A stretch of DNA of 55,974 nt, the filler included, from Candidatus Tectimicrobiota bacterium (GTDB lineage: Bacteria; JACPUC01), in the NCBI GenBank assembly GCA_016192455.1. It is 3 parts of 3 records of this genome, joined end to end, with 100 filler letters (N's around TTAATTAATTAA, not from the genome) between each part and the next. Parts side by side here need not be neighbours in the genome. Positions count along the whole stretch, not along the records: positions 1 to 26,799 come from JACPUC010000005.1; positions 26,900 to 41,340 come from JACPUC010000031.1; 1 more part is not named here. The stretch is one strand, 5' to 3'. The notes beneath the pieces are model-generated. The model had not been told where the DNA came from and did not search any database. It saw nothing but the letters and a program-made list of their open reading frames with translations. The translations under genes were made by a program, and so were the position numbers. How positions within the stretch are numbered: the first letter of the stretch is position 1; each line of letters opens with the position of its first letter. Below are positions 25,378-34,558 of this stretch, piece by piece.

Positions 25378-26202
25378 ATGCAGGATGCACAAGCGTTGCG
25401 AATCACCGTCGCGGACCTGAAGGCGAGCCTGGGGGCGGCGAAGGTCCGCCTGATCGATGCGCGCCCGCCGGCGGAGTACGCCGCGGGCCATGTCGCCGGG
25501 GCGGTGAACTTCGATCCGTTTCCCCCGTATGCGACGATCGACACGAGCCCCGCGGGTCTCTCCGCCTTCTTCCACATGATGAGCGAGGTGTTCGGCCGCT
25601 TGGGGATTGCCCCCACCTCGCGGGTGATCTGTTACGACGCCACCTCCGGCGTGCGCGCGGCCAGGCTCGTGTGGCTGCTGCATGCCATGGGGCACGCCGA
25701 GGCGGTCATCGTGGATGGCGGGATGCAGGCCTGGCAGGCCGCCGGCTACCCCGTCGAGGAGGCGGTCCCCGACGTCACCCCCACCACCTTCACGCCGCGG
25801 CTCAGGGGGTCGCTGGTGGCGGGGTTCGAGGATGTCCTGGCTGGCCTCTCCGACCCCAAGGTGGTGCTTTGGGACGTGCGCAGCGAAGGCGAGCACTACG
25901 GCGAAACGGTGCGCTCCAAGCGCGGCGGCACCATCCCCGGCGCCATCCACTACGAGTGGACGAACAACCTCGACGGCAACGGCTGCTTCAAGGACCTCGA
26001 GGTCATCCGCCGCGAGCTGGAGGCGCGGGGGATCACGCCGGAGAAGGAAATCATCCCCTTCTGACAGGGGGGCTACCGTTCGGCGAACGGTTGGCTTGTC
26101 TTGCAGCTCTTGGGCTACCCGAAGGTGCGCAACTACGTCGGCTCGTGGGGCGAATGGGGCAACCGCGAGGACCTGCCGATCGAAAAGCGGCAACGGCCAT
26201 GA
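25378..26202 (+). CDS. Tandem-domain rhodanese/sulfurtransferase with Sec at the catalytic position, 274 aa
   Basis: GHVAGA, DGG, GTIPGA. TGA 26062-26064 sits in IIPF-U-QGGYRS, and the frame continues to the rhodanese signature [10 protein letters not shown] and a stop at 26200-26202. Confidence 0.88.
26065..26098 (+). promoter_or_regulatory. Bacterial SECIS-like hairpin
   Basis: UGA, then 10 nt, then ACCGUUC-GGC-GAACGGU. Confidence 0.72.
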
Positions 26203-26254
26203 CCTTCGCCGCAGGGGCGGATGCTGAACGAGAGGGAAAGATTGAAGGGGGCTT

Positions 26255-26434
26255 CTACGCCAAAATCTCCGGGTCTTGCAGCTCTTTGTACATCTCGCAG
26301 TCGGGGTTGGTGCAGCGCACCCAGACCGTGGTGGAGAACTTGACGCCAAGCTGGATGCTCGGCTGCTGACAGGTGGGGCAGATGAGCCTGGCATCAATCA
26401 CGGCAACGTTCTGGATGTCACCTTTGCCGGTCAT
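26255..26434 (-). CDS. Small 59-aa zinc-ribbon-like protein (missed by the ORF track)
   Basis: MTGKGDIQNVAVIDARLICPTCQQPSIQLGVKFSTTVWVRCTNPDCEMYKELQDPEILA; CxxC...Cx4C; AGGA RBS; G/C-rich third codon positions. Confidence 0.65.
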   Translation of the reverse strand: MTGKGDIQNVAVIDARLICPTCQQPSIQLGVKFSTTVWVRCTNPDCEMYKELQDPEILA

Positions 26435-26586
26435 GGGATGATCCTGCCTTCATTCTGGGGCCGCCTCGGCGCGCCGGCGTCTCGTCCAGCCATGATGGGG
26501 GGAAGCGCCCGCCGACACGCCCCCCCCGCCGAGGGGTAGCAGGGCTCGTCCCCTGGCTCGACCTGGAGGCCCCCCCCCCGGAGGCC

Positions 26587-26799
26587 CTAGGAGCCTGTCG
26601 GAGAAACCCCCGCAGGCGTCTGGTTTTTGGTAGACTGTGAGGTGTTCGCAACCGGCGCGGGGCCGGCCCTGTTCCGCTGTTTGCTGGTGGGGGTGTTATG
26701 CCACGCAAGTTCCGCACCACCAACCCTGATCAGTTGTACCTGCTGCCGCCGTCGCTGCAGGAGTGGCTGCCGGAAGGGCACCTGGCGTACTTCATCCTG
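26587..26799 (+). mobile_element. IS1182-family element, left end and transposase N-terminus (truncated by the gap)
   Basis: CTAG followed by GAGCCTGTCGG; ATG 26698 gives MPRKFRTTNPDQLYLLPPSLQEWLPEGHLAYFIL. Confidence 0.85.
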
Positions 26800-26899
26800 N
26801 NNNNNNNNNNNNNNNNNNNNNNNNNNNNNNNNNNNNNNNNNNNTTAATTAATTAANNNNNNNNNNNNNNNNNNNNNNNNNNNNNNNNNNNNNNNNNNNN
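26800..26899. other. Assembly gap / artificial contig linker
   Basis: N runs flanking TTAATTAATTAA (stops in all six frames). Confidence 0.98.
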
Positions 26900-27446
26900 C
26901 GCAGGCAACGCCCGTCTCGGCGCCGAGGCGTTGCTTCTGCCGCGGCTCCGCCACCACCGCATCCACGGTCAGGGAGGCGCCGCGCCTCCATGGCAGGGCA
27001 AGGCGGCGAGCCAGGCGCTCCGCCGCGGCGAGGAGCGCCGCATCGCTCTTCAGCCAGGCGCGGTACTTTTCGGGAGCTGGAGCATCGTCCGGGCTGCCGC
27101 TCGGACCGGCGTCCAGGCTGTGCCGCCGCACGCTCTCCACGCCGATGAGGTCGCCGACGCGGAGGTGAGGCTGCAGCGCTCCGGCATAGCCGATGGAGAG
27201 CAGGGTGGAGATCGGCCAGCGCGCCAGCACCGCCTCGGCGCTTGCCGCCGCCGCGGCGGGTCCCACGCCGGTGAGCACGAGGAGCACCCGCGCCTCGCCT
27301 CGGGCGACGTAGCGCACGCTGCAGGCAGCCAGCCGTTTCTCCCAGACCGTGGTGACGCCCTGAGAGATGGGCCGGAGCTCCGGCGCAATGGCCGCGAGGA
27401 TTGCAGCGCAGCCGCTCGGCGCGGCGAGATCACCCGGCGCGATCAT
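26900..27446 (-). CDS. Nucleoside phosphorylase / MTA-SAH nucleosidase family protein, 3'-truncated by the gap
   Basis: ILAAIAPEL, TGVGPAAA, SIGYAGALQPHLRVGD and SLTVDAVV motifs. Confidence 0.75.
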
Positions 27447-27665
27447 CGCTGCGACTCCTCCCTTTGCCGGGCGCAGCCGCTCGGCTCGGCGGCCGGTCTG
27501 GCCGGTGTCCCCGCGCTTTGGGACGTCGCTCCTGCAGGGCGCTCTCCGGCAGCCGCCATGGGACCCCGAAGAGCCTTGACAGGTGGGGTGCCGGCGAGTA
27601 CATTCACCCCAGCGTACGCCTGCCGAACGTCAGCTCTCTGGTCGATGCATCCCGGTAGAAGAATC

Positions 27666-29045
27666 GTGGCCACGCAGCTCGAGTTCAATCTTGCAACGCA
27701 TGTGCATATCTTCACCGTCACCGAGCTCACCAAGGCGATCAAGGAGCGGCTCGAGGGCGAGTTCGCCGATCTCTGGATTGAAGGTGAAATCTCCAACCTG
27801 CGTCATCCCTCCTCGGGGCACTACTATTTTACGTTGAAGGATGCGGCTGGGCAAATCCGAGCGGTCCTTTTCAAGGCGCAGCGCCGCCTCATCCAGTTTG
27901 AACCGGAGGACGGGCTGGCGGTGATCCTGCGGGGTCGCCTTTCCGTCTACGAGGCGCGCGGCGAGTACCAGATCATCGCCGACTACCTGGAACCGAAGGG
28001 GGTCGGCGCGCTGCAGCTTGCCTTCGAGCAGCTCAAGAATCGGCTGGCCGCGGAAGGGCTCTTTGATGCGGCGCACAAGCAACCCCTCCCCCTGGTGCCG
28101 CGCCGCATCGGCGTGGTGACCTCGCCGACCGGGGCGGCCATCCGCGACATCCTGCGCGTGCTCGAGCGCCGCTTCGCCACCCTGGAGGTGCAGATTTTCC
28201 CCGCCGTGGTGCAGGGCGAGGAGGCGCCGCGCAGCCTCATGGCCGGGCTGGAGACCTTCAATCGTCGCGGCGAGGTGGAGGTGATCATCCTGACGCGGGG
28301 CGGGGGCTCGATGGAGGACCTCTGGGCTTTCAACGACGAAAGATTGGTGCGGGCGATCTTCGCCTCCCGCATCCCCGTCATCTCTGCGGTGGGGCACGAG
28401 ATCGACTTCACGCTGGCGGACTTCGTGGCGGATGTGCGGGCGCCCACCCCTTCCGCCGCGGCGGAAATGGTAGTGCGGGAGAAGGAGGAGCTGCGGCGCC
28501 ACATCGCAACGTACCGGAAGCGGCTTCGTGCAGCCTTGCAGCGGCGCGCGGGCGAGCTGCGGGCGCATCTTCAGGGGTTGGTGCGGCGGCGCGTCTTCAC
28601 CGACCCAACGGCGCGCCTGCGTGAGGCGCGGGTGTACCTCGACGACCTCGCCGGCGAGGCGCAGGGGGCGGTGCGGCGCCGGCTCGACGGACGCCGGCAG
28701 CGGCTGCAGCACGCGCAGAGGACGCTCGCCTCCCTGAGCCCGCTGGCCCAGGTGGGGCGATTCCGTAGGCTTCTGGCGCGGCGGCAGTGGGAGCTGGCGG
28801 CGGCGGGGCGACATCGCGTGGCCCAGGCCCACGCCCGCTTCCAGGGCCTGGCGGGGCGCCTCCAGGCGCTCAGTCCCCTGGCGGTGCTGGGGCGGGGGTA
28901 CAGCATCTGCACCCGACCGCCCTTGGGAGCCGTGGTGCGAGATGCGGCCGAGGTGCGGGTTGGGGAGGCGGTCGACGTGCTCCTCCAGCGCGGCGCCCTG
29001 GGCTGCCGTGTCGAGGAGGTCCGCCCGCGGCCGCCGGTGAGCTGA
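27666..29045 (+). CDS. xseA: Exodeoxyribonuclease VII large subunit
   Basis: WIEGEISN, SGHYYFTLKD, VTSPTGAAIRD, RGGGSMEDLWAFNDE, SAVGHEID, APTPSAAAE; start position approximate. Confidence 0.96.
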   Translation: MATQLEFNLATHVHIFTVTELTKAIKERLEGEFADLWIEGEISNLRHPSSGHYYFTLKDAAGQIRAVLFKAQRRLIQFEPEDGLAVILRGRLSVYEARGEYQIIADYLEPKGVGALQLAFEQLKNRLAAEGLFDAAHKQPLPLVPRRIGVVTSPTGAAIRDILRVLERRFATLEVQIFPAVVQGEEAPRSLMAGLETFNRRGEVEVIILTRGGGSMEDLWAFNDERLVRAIFASRIPVISAVGHEIDFTLADFVADVRAPTPSAAAEMVVREKEELRRHIATYRKRLRAALQRRAGELRAHLQGLVRRRVFTDPTARLREARVYLDDLAGEAQGAVRRRLDGRRQRLQHAQRTLASLSPLAQVGRFRRLLARRQWELAAAGRHRVAQAHARFQGLAGRLQALSPLAVLGRGYSICTRPPLGAVVRDAAEVRVGEAVDVLLQRGALGCRVEEVRPRPPVS

Positions 29046-29158
29046 GACGGGAGCGGGGCCCTTGGGGGCGGCGGGCCTTGCGCAGGGGAGCGCCGCCGCC
29101 AGGCGATGAGACCGCGGCGGGGGCAGCGCATCCTTACCTTTCCGACAGCGGAGCGGCC

Positions 29159-29407
29159 ATGGAGAAGGTGAAGTTTGAAGATGCGCTGCAGCGCCTGGAA
29201 GAGATTGTGGAGGCGCTCGAGCAGCAGGAGCTGAGCCTCGATGCCTCGCTGGCGATCTTCGAGGAGGGGGTGAAGCTGTCGCGGGCCTGCATGCAACAGC
29301 TTGATGAAGCCGAGCGCAAGATCGAAATTCTGGTGCAGAAGAACGGCGGCGAGTACGAGCCGCAGTCGTTCTCCCCACCGGCAGCCGAGAAGAGTCCCGA
29401 CGAGTAG
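29159..29407 (+). CDS. xseB: Exodeoxyribonuclease VII small subunit
   Basis: FEDALQRLEEIVEALE...LDASLAIFEEGVKL...LDEAERKI; canonical position after xseA. Confidence 0.94.
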   Translation: MEKVKFEDALQRLEEIVEALEQQELSLDASLAIFEEGVKLSRACMQQLDEAERKIEILVQKNGGEYEPQSFSPPAAEKSPDE

Positions 29408-29529
29408 GGCGGGAGCAACGCCCAGCCAGGACCACTCGCCGACTGGGGGCAAGGGGTGGGGCCGGGAGGGCCGCCTCCAACACGCCGAGGACCGAACGCT
29501 AGGGAGCCGTCAGCCGCGTGAACGCCACC

Positions 29530-30423
29530 ATGCAGCACCTGGAAGCGAGTCTCCAGCAGAAGCGCGAGCTCATTGAAGCAGCATTGCGCGAGGAGCTGCC
29601 GGGGCGCGACACGTACCCGGAAGTCCTCTTTGAGTCCATCCACTACAGCCTTTTCGATGGCGGCAAGCGGCTGCGCCCGATCCTCGTGCTGGCGGCGGCG
29701 GAGGCCGTGGGGGGGAAGCTGGAGACAGTCTTGCCGGTGGCCTGCGCCCTGGAGTGCATCCACACCTACTCCCTCATCCATGATGACCTGCCGAGCATCG
29801 ACAACCACGCCTATCGCCGGGGCAAGCTTGCCAATCACCGCAAGTTCGGCCCGGCCACGGCGCTGCTCACCGGCGATGCGCTGCAGAGCCTGGCGTTCGA
29901 GGTGCTGACGCATCCGCGCCATGCGGCGACGGTCAACCCGGAGCGCCTGTTGCAGGTGGTCTACGAGGTGGCGCAGGCGGTCGGCCCGCAGGGAATGGTG
30001 GGAGGGCAGGTCGTTGATACGATCTCCGATCTCTTCCAGGAAGACCTGAAGACACTCGAGTACATCCACCACCACAAGACCGGCGCGCTCATCGAGGTCT
30101 CGGTGCGCGCCGGCGCGCTCCTCAGCGACGCCGCGGAGGAGCAGATCGAGCAGCTCGGACGGTACGCCCGCGCCCTGGGCCTGGCCTTCCAGATCGTCGA
30201 CGACATCCTGGACGTGGTGGGGCAGGCGGAGGAGCTGGGCAAACCGGTGGGGGAGGACGAGAAGCTCTCGAAGATGACCTACCCGGCGCTCCTCGGCCTG
30301 GAACAGTCGCGCCGGCTCGCCCAGCAGCTCGGCCAGGAGGCCCTGGAGACGCTGCGGGGCTTTGGTCCCATGGCCGAGACCTTGCGCGGCCTGGCGCACT
30401 ACGTCGTGGCGCGCACCCACTGA
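29530..30423 (+). CDS. ispA: Farnesyl/geranylgeranyl diphosphate synthase
   Basis: GGKRLRP, SLIHDDLPSID (FARM), GQVVD, KTGAL, FQIVDDILD (SARM). Confidence 0.93.
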   Translation: MQHLEASLQQKRELIEAALREELPGRDTYPEVLFESIHYSLFDGGKRLRPILVLAAAEAVGGKLETVLPVACALECIHTYSLIHDDLPSIDNHAYRRGKLANHRKFGPATALLTGDALQSLAFEVLTHPRHAATVNPERLLQVVYEVAQAVGPQGMVGGQVVDTISDLFQEDLKTLEYIHHHKTGALIEVSVRAGALLSDAAEEQIEQLGRYARALGLAFQIVDDILDVVGQAEELGKPVGEDEKLSKMTYPALLGLEQSRRLAQQLGQEALETLRGFGPMAETLRGLAHYVVARTH

Positions 30424-30589
30424 GGAGGCCGCCGAGCGAGGTGAGGATGCGCGCAAGCGGAACGACAACGGATGCCGGCGCGACGATGGCGCGGGCGTGG
30501 CGGGTGAAGCGGCCGCAACCATTCTGTGAAGGCAAGCGCAAACTCATGGCCCGCAGGGGATGCGGGCAGGTTGGGAGCAAGCCAGGATA

Positions 30590-32473
30590 ATGAGGGACGC
30601 ACACCTCTCCTCCATTCAGTCGCCCAAGGACCTCAAACAACTCCCCCGCCAGGCCTTGCCGAACCTAGCCCTGGAGATTCGGGAGTACCTCCTTGAAGTG
30701 CTGTCGCAGACCGGCGGGCACCTGGCCTCCAACCTCGGCGCCGTGGAGCTGAGCCTTGCCCTGCACTACGTCTTCGACTCGCCGACCGACCGTATCGTCT
30801 GGGACGTGGGACACCAGGGTTACGTGCACAAGATGCTCACCGGGCGCGCCGAGCGCCTGCCGACCATCCGCCAGTACGGTGGCCTGAGCGGCTTCCTGCG
30901 CCGCGAGGAGAGCCCGCACGACGCCTTCAACGCCGGGCACGGCGGCACCTCCATCTCCGCCGCCCTGGGCATGACGATGGCGCGCGACTTCGCCGGCGAT
31001 TCGCACAAGGTGGTGGCGGTCATCGGCGACGGCTCGCTGACGGCCGGCATGGCCTTCGAGGCGCTCAACCATGCCGGCGTGACGAAGCGCGACTTCATCG
31101 TGGTGCTCAACGATAACTCCATGGGCATCTCGCCGAACGTCGGCGCCCTCTCCGCCTACCTCAACCGCATCATCAGCGGGCAGTTCTACAACCGCATGCG
31201 GCGCGACGTCGAAGCTCTGCTGGAGAACATCCCGACGATCGGCACGCCGATGCACAAGGTGGCCTTGCGCTTCAAGGAGGCGGTGAAGGGCTTCCTGGTG
31301 CCCGGGCGCATCTTCGAGGACCTCGGCTTCCGCTACTTCGGGCCGATCGACGGGCATCACCTCGACTCGCTCATTGACACCTTCGACAACATCAAGCACC
31401 TGAGCGGCTGCAACCTCGTGCACGTCATCACCACCAAGGGGAAGGGCTACCACCCCGCGGAGCAGAAGCAGGTGACGTACCACGGGGTCAGCCCCTTCGA
31501 CGTGAAAACCGGGGCGTTCCACCAGAAAAAGTCAGCGGCGCCCTCCTACACGTCGGTGTTCGTGGATGCGCTCATCCACCTGGCGGAACGCGACGAGCGC
31601 GTCGTCGGCATCACCGCGGCGATGGCGGAGGGGACCGGCCTGGCGAAGTTCGCCGAACGCTTTCCGGGGCGTTTCTTCGACGTGGGCATGGCGGAGCAGC
31701 ATGCCGTGACCTTCGCCGCCGGGCTTGCCGCCGAGGGGTACAAGCCGGTGGCGGCCATCTACTCGACGTTCCTGCAGCGCGCCTACGACCAGGTCATCCA
31801 CGACGTCTGCATCATGAACCTGCCGGTCACCTTCGCCCTGGATCGCGCCGGCCTGGCGGGCGAGGACGGGCCGACCCACCACGGCGCCTTCGATCTCACC
31901 TACCTGCGCGCCTTGCCGAACATGGTGGTGATGGCGCCGAAGGATGAGAACGAGCTGCGCCACCTGCTGAAGACGGCGCTCGACCATCCGGGGCCGGCGG
32001 CCGTGCGTTTTCCGCGTGGGGCCGGCGTGGGGGTGGCGCTGGACGAGGAGGTGCGGTGCATCCCCATCGGCGAGGCGGAGCCTCTGGTTGACGGCTCGGA
32101 GGTGGCGCTGCTGGCCGTCGGCGGCATCGTCTCCCCGGCCCTCGAGGCGGCGCGGCTGCTCGCCGGGCACGGCATCAGCGCGGCGGTCGTGAACATGCGC
32201 TTCATCAAACCCCTTGATGAGAAGCTCCTGGGGCGCCTGGCGGAGCGCCGCCTGCCGCTCGTCACCATTGAAGACAACACGCGCCTTGGCGGTTTCGGCT
32301 CGGCCGTCCTGGAGTTCCTCGCCGATCACGGCTACGCCGGCATCCCGGTGTTGCGCCTTGGCCTGCCCGATGCCTTCATCGAGCATGGGGCGCAGAACCT
32401 CCTGCGCAGCCTCTGCGGACTTGACAGCCAGGGGATCGCGGCGAGCACCCGCGCATGGCTCAGGCGCTCCTAA
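30590..32473 (+). CDS. dxs: 1-deoxy-D-xylulose-5-phosphate synthase
   Basis: GGHLASNLG, WDVGHQ, IGDGSLTAGMAFEALN, YSTFLQRAYDQ, DRAG..GEDGPTH. Confidence 0.97.
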   Translation: MRDAHLSSIQSPKDLKQLPRQALPNLALEIREYLLEVLSQTGGHLASNLGAVELSLALHYVFDSPTDRIVWDVGHQGYVHKMLTGRAERLPTIRQYGGLSGFLRREESPHDAFNAGHGGTSISAALGMTMARDFAGDSHKVVAVIGDGSLTAGMAFEALNHAGVTKRDFIVVLNDNSMGISPNVGALSAYLNRIISGQFYNRMRRDVEALLENIPTIGTPMHKVALRFKEAVKGFLVPGRIFEDLGFRYFGPIDGHHLDSLIDTFDNIKHLSGCNLVHVITTKGKGYHPAEQKQVTYHGVSPFDVKTGAFHQKKSAAPSYTSVFVDALIHLAERDERVVGITAAMAEGTGLAKFAERFPGRFFDVGMAEQHAVTFAAGLAAEGYKPVAAIYSTFLQRAYDQVIHDVCIMNLPVTFALDRAGLAGEDGPTHHGAFDLTYLRALPNMVVMAPKDENELRHLLKTALDHPGPAAVRFPRGAGVGVALDEEVRCIPIGEAEPLVDGSEVALLAVGGIVSPALEAARLLAGHGISAAVVNMRFIKPLDEKLLGRLAERRLPLVTIEDNTRLGGFGSAVLEFLADHGYAGIPVLRLGLPDAFIEHGAQNLLRSLCGLDSQGIAASTRAWLRRS

Positions 32474-32516
32474 GCCTGCCGAGCCGCCGCTTCCCAGCAC
32501 CCCTGCCCAGCCCTGC

Positions 32517-33428
32517 ATGGCCGCATCATCCCCACCACCGCCCCAGGGGCCGGAGGAGAGCGGAATCCGCCGGCCCGCCCGACGCCGCCTCGACGCCCTC
32601 CTCGTCGAGCGTGGCCTGGCCCCCAGCCGCGCCAAGGCCCAGGCGCTGATCCTCGCCGGGCAGGTGCTGGTGAACGGGGTCCCCGTCGGCAAGCCCGGCT
32701 CGCTCTACGCCACGGACAGCGCGCTGGCTCTGCGGCAAACAGGCAGCACCTACGTGAGTCGCGGCGGCGAGAAGCTGGCCGGAGCGCTGCGGGACTTCGG
32801 CGTCAACCCCGAGGGCCGGCGCGTCCTCGACCTGGGCGCCTCCACCGGCGGCTTCACGGATTGTCTCCTGCGGCACGGCGCCCGCCAGGTCGTCGCCGTT
32901 GATGTGGGGCATGGCCAGCTCGCCTGGGAGCTGCGCCAGGACCCCCGCGTGGAGGTGCGCGAGCGGACCAACGCGCGCCTGCTCCGCGCCGCCGACTTCG
33001 ACCTCCCCTTCGACCTTGCCACGGTCGATCTCTCCTTCATCTCCGTGCGCCTCGTCCTGCCCGTCCTGGCGGCCCTCCTTACCCCCGCGGCAGAGGCGCT
33101 CATCCTCGTCAAGCCGCAGTTCGAGGTCGGCAAGGGAGAGGTGGGGAAGGGGGGGGTGGTGCGCCACCCGGCGCAGCATGAGACCGTGCTGCGCCGCGTT
33201 GCGGCGGCCGCCGCCGAGGCGGGCTTCCACCTCCGCCGCGTGGCCCTCTCTTGCCTGCGGGGCCCGAAAGGCAACCGCGAGTTCTTCCTGCACCTGGCGC
33301 GGCGGCCTGCGCCGGGCCCCTCGCCCGCCGACATCCTGGAAGCATTCCTGGCGCGCTTCCTCTCTCCTGGAATCGAGCCTCCCGGCGGCAAGCAACACCC
33401 GGCGCCGCCGGGCACGGCGGCGGACTGA
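32517..33428 (+). CDS. tlyA: TlyA-family RNA 2'-O-methyltransferase
   Basis: S4-like RLDALL, YVSRGGEKL, DLGASTGGFTD, DLSFIS, KPQFE, GPKGNREF; start uncertain. Confidence 0.92.
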   Translation: MAASSPPPPQGPEESGIRRPARRRLDALLVERGLAPSRAKAQALILAGQVLVNGVPVGKPGSLYATDSALALRQTGSTYVSRGGEKLAGALRDFGVNPEGRRVLDLGASTGGFTDCLLRHGARQVVAVDVGHGQLAWELRQDPRVEVRERTNARLLRAADFDLPFDLATVDLSFISVRLVLPVLAALLTPAAEALILVKPQFEVGKGEVGKGGVVRHPAQHETVLRRVAAAAAEAGFHLRRVALSCLRGPKGNREFFLHLARRPAPGPSPADILEAFLARFLSPGIEPPGGKQHPAPPGTAAD

Positions 33429-33568
33429 CGCCGCGTTGATTTTTGGCTCCCGGCATGCTAGAGACGGCTTCTAGGAGGAACGGCATCAGCCGCCGCGCAC
33501 GGGGTGTTCGAACACCACGGGGGCGGCTGGCGGGTTCCTGGCACGGAGGGGAAATCGGGGGGCAAACC

Positions 33569-34390
33569 ATGGCACAAGTCGACAGCGAACGGGTTCGCGA
33601 GGAGATCATCAGCATTCTCGACACCTACACCGCGGCCGTGTGCAAGGTGACCGAAGCCTACGCCGGCAGGCGCACGAAGGAGCGTGATATCAATTGGCTG
33701 GCGCTGCAGGCGGCCAAAGAGTACGGGGCGGCCAGGGTGCATGCCGGCATCATGCTGGACAAGGCGAAAGCCATGGCCGCGCTGGAGGATATCGAGAAAT
33801 CACATGGCGACGCCTTCGAGGAGGTGGAGCACTACCACGGCTACATGAAGGTGCTGGCCTGGCTCCTGCAGGGTGAGCCGATACCCGTGCCGGACTTCTG
33901 GGGCTACGGCGATTTCCAGGCGCCCACCTTCCTGCCGGGCCCGGGCCTGCGGCGGGAGCGCTGGCCTTGGAACCACGCCTTCTTCAGCACCGGCATGGAC
34001 TACCTGCTGCACGCCTCATCCCCGTGGATTCGCAGGGCCATGATCACCAGCATCGAAGGAGCCGCCGTGGGGTTCCACTACGCCATGAGCCGCCTGCCCC
34101 GGAGCGATGGTCTGCTGGAGCGCATCCACGTGCTCGAGCAGTCGGTCGTCGATGACGAGCTGCACCATGGTCCCGAGGTGATCGACGAGATCGCCGCCGA
34201 GCCACCCCGGGAAGCGGTGTTCAACGAGGCGCTGGAGAAAATCTGGCACCTGCGCGAACTGGAGCTCTACCAGCGGAACGAGCAGTTCCTCCAGCCGATG
34301 ACCGAGGACGAGGTTCGAGACCTGGCGCGGGCCATGCGGGCGAAGGCCATCGCGCCGGTCGATCTCTATCGCAGCGCCTTGCGCTCCTGA
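33569..34390 (+). CDS. Ferritin-like (diiron-motif) hypothetical protein
   Basis: Predicted helical; AKE...EEVEH...IEG...DDELHH spacing fits E/ExxH x2. Confidence 0.6.
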   Translation: MAQVDSERVREEIISILDTYTAAVCKVTEAYAGRRTKERDINWLALQAAKEYGAARVHAGIMLDKAKAMAALEDIEKSHGDAFEEVEHYHGYMKVLAWLLQGEPIPVPDFWGYGDFQAPTFLPGPGLRRERWPWNHAFFSTGMDYLLHASSPWIRRAMITSIEGAAVGFHYAMSRLPRSDGLLERIHVLEQSVVDDELHHGPEVIDEIAAEPPREAVFNEALEKIWHLRELELYQRNEQFLQPMTEDEVRDLARAMRAKAIAPVDLYRSALRS

Positions 34391-34406
34391 GAGGCGCGCC
34401 GGTGCA

Positions 34407-34422
34407 TGTTCCACGTGGAACA
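34407..34422. promoter_or_regulatory. parS centromere-like site
   Basis: Perfect palindrome TGTTCCACGTGGAACA matching the widespread chromosomal parS consensus; intergenic. Confidence 0.88.
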
Positions 34423-34436
34423 TTCGGGAGAACCGC

Positions 34437-34465
34437 TTGACACGCCGACGGGGCTGAGATATAGA
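34437..34465 (+). promoter_or_regulatory. Putative sigma70 promoter of the bd-like operon
   Basis: TTGACA-N17-TATAGA. Confidence 0.5.
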
Positions 34466-34558
34466 AGGTGCCGCGCCGCGAGCGCCAGGCGTCGGCACAC
34501 CCCTGCGTTTCCCTGAAGATTTTGCGTCCCTTCCCTTCCATCGCCCATGGAGGCGTCC

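Noticed and set aside
22599-26202. Calling the two UGA-interrupted genes pseudogenes
   Set aside because: Both UGAs fall exactly at catalytic Cys/Sec positions and are followed by similar SECIS-like hairpins.
26844-26855. TTAATTAATTAA palindromes inside N runs (also near 41385-41396)
   Set aside because: Artificial all-frame-stop contig linker, not biological.
19823-34422. ParA-like ATPase and parS as one partition system
   Set aside because: They are on different contigs, there is no parB, and the ATPase is coupled to a HEPN gene in an AT-rich islet.
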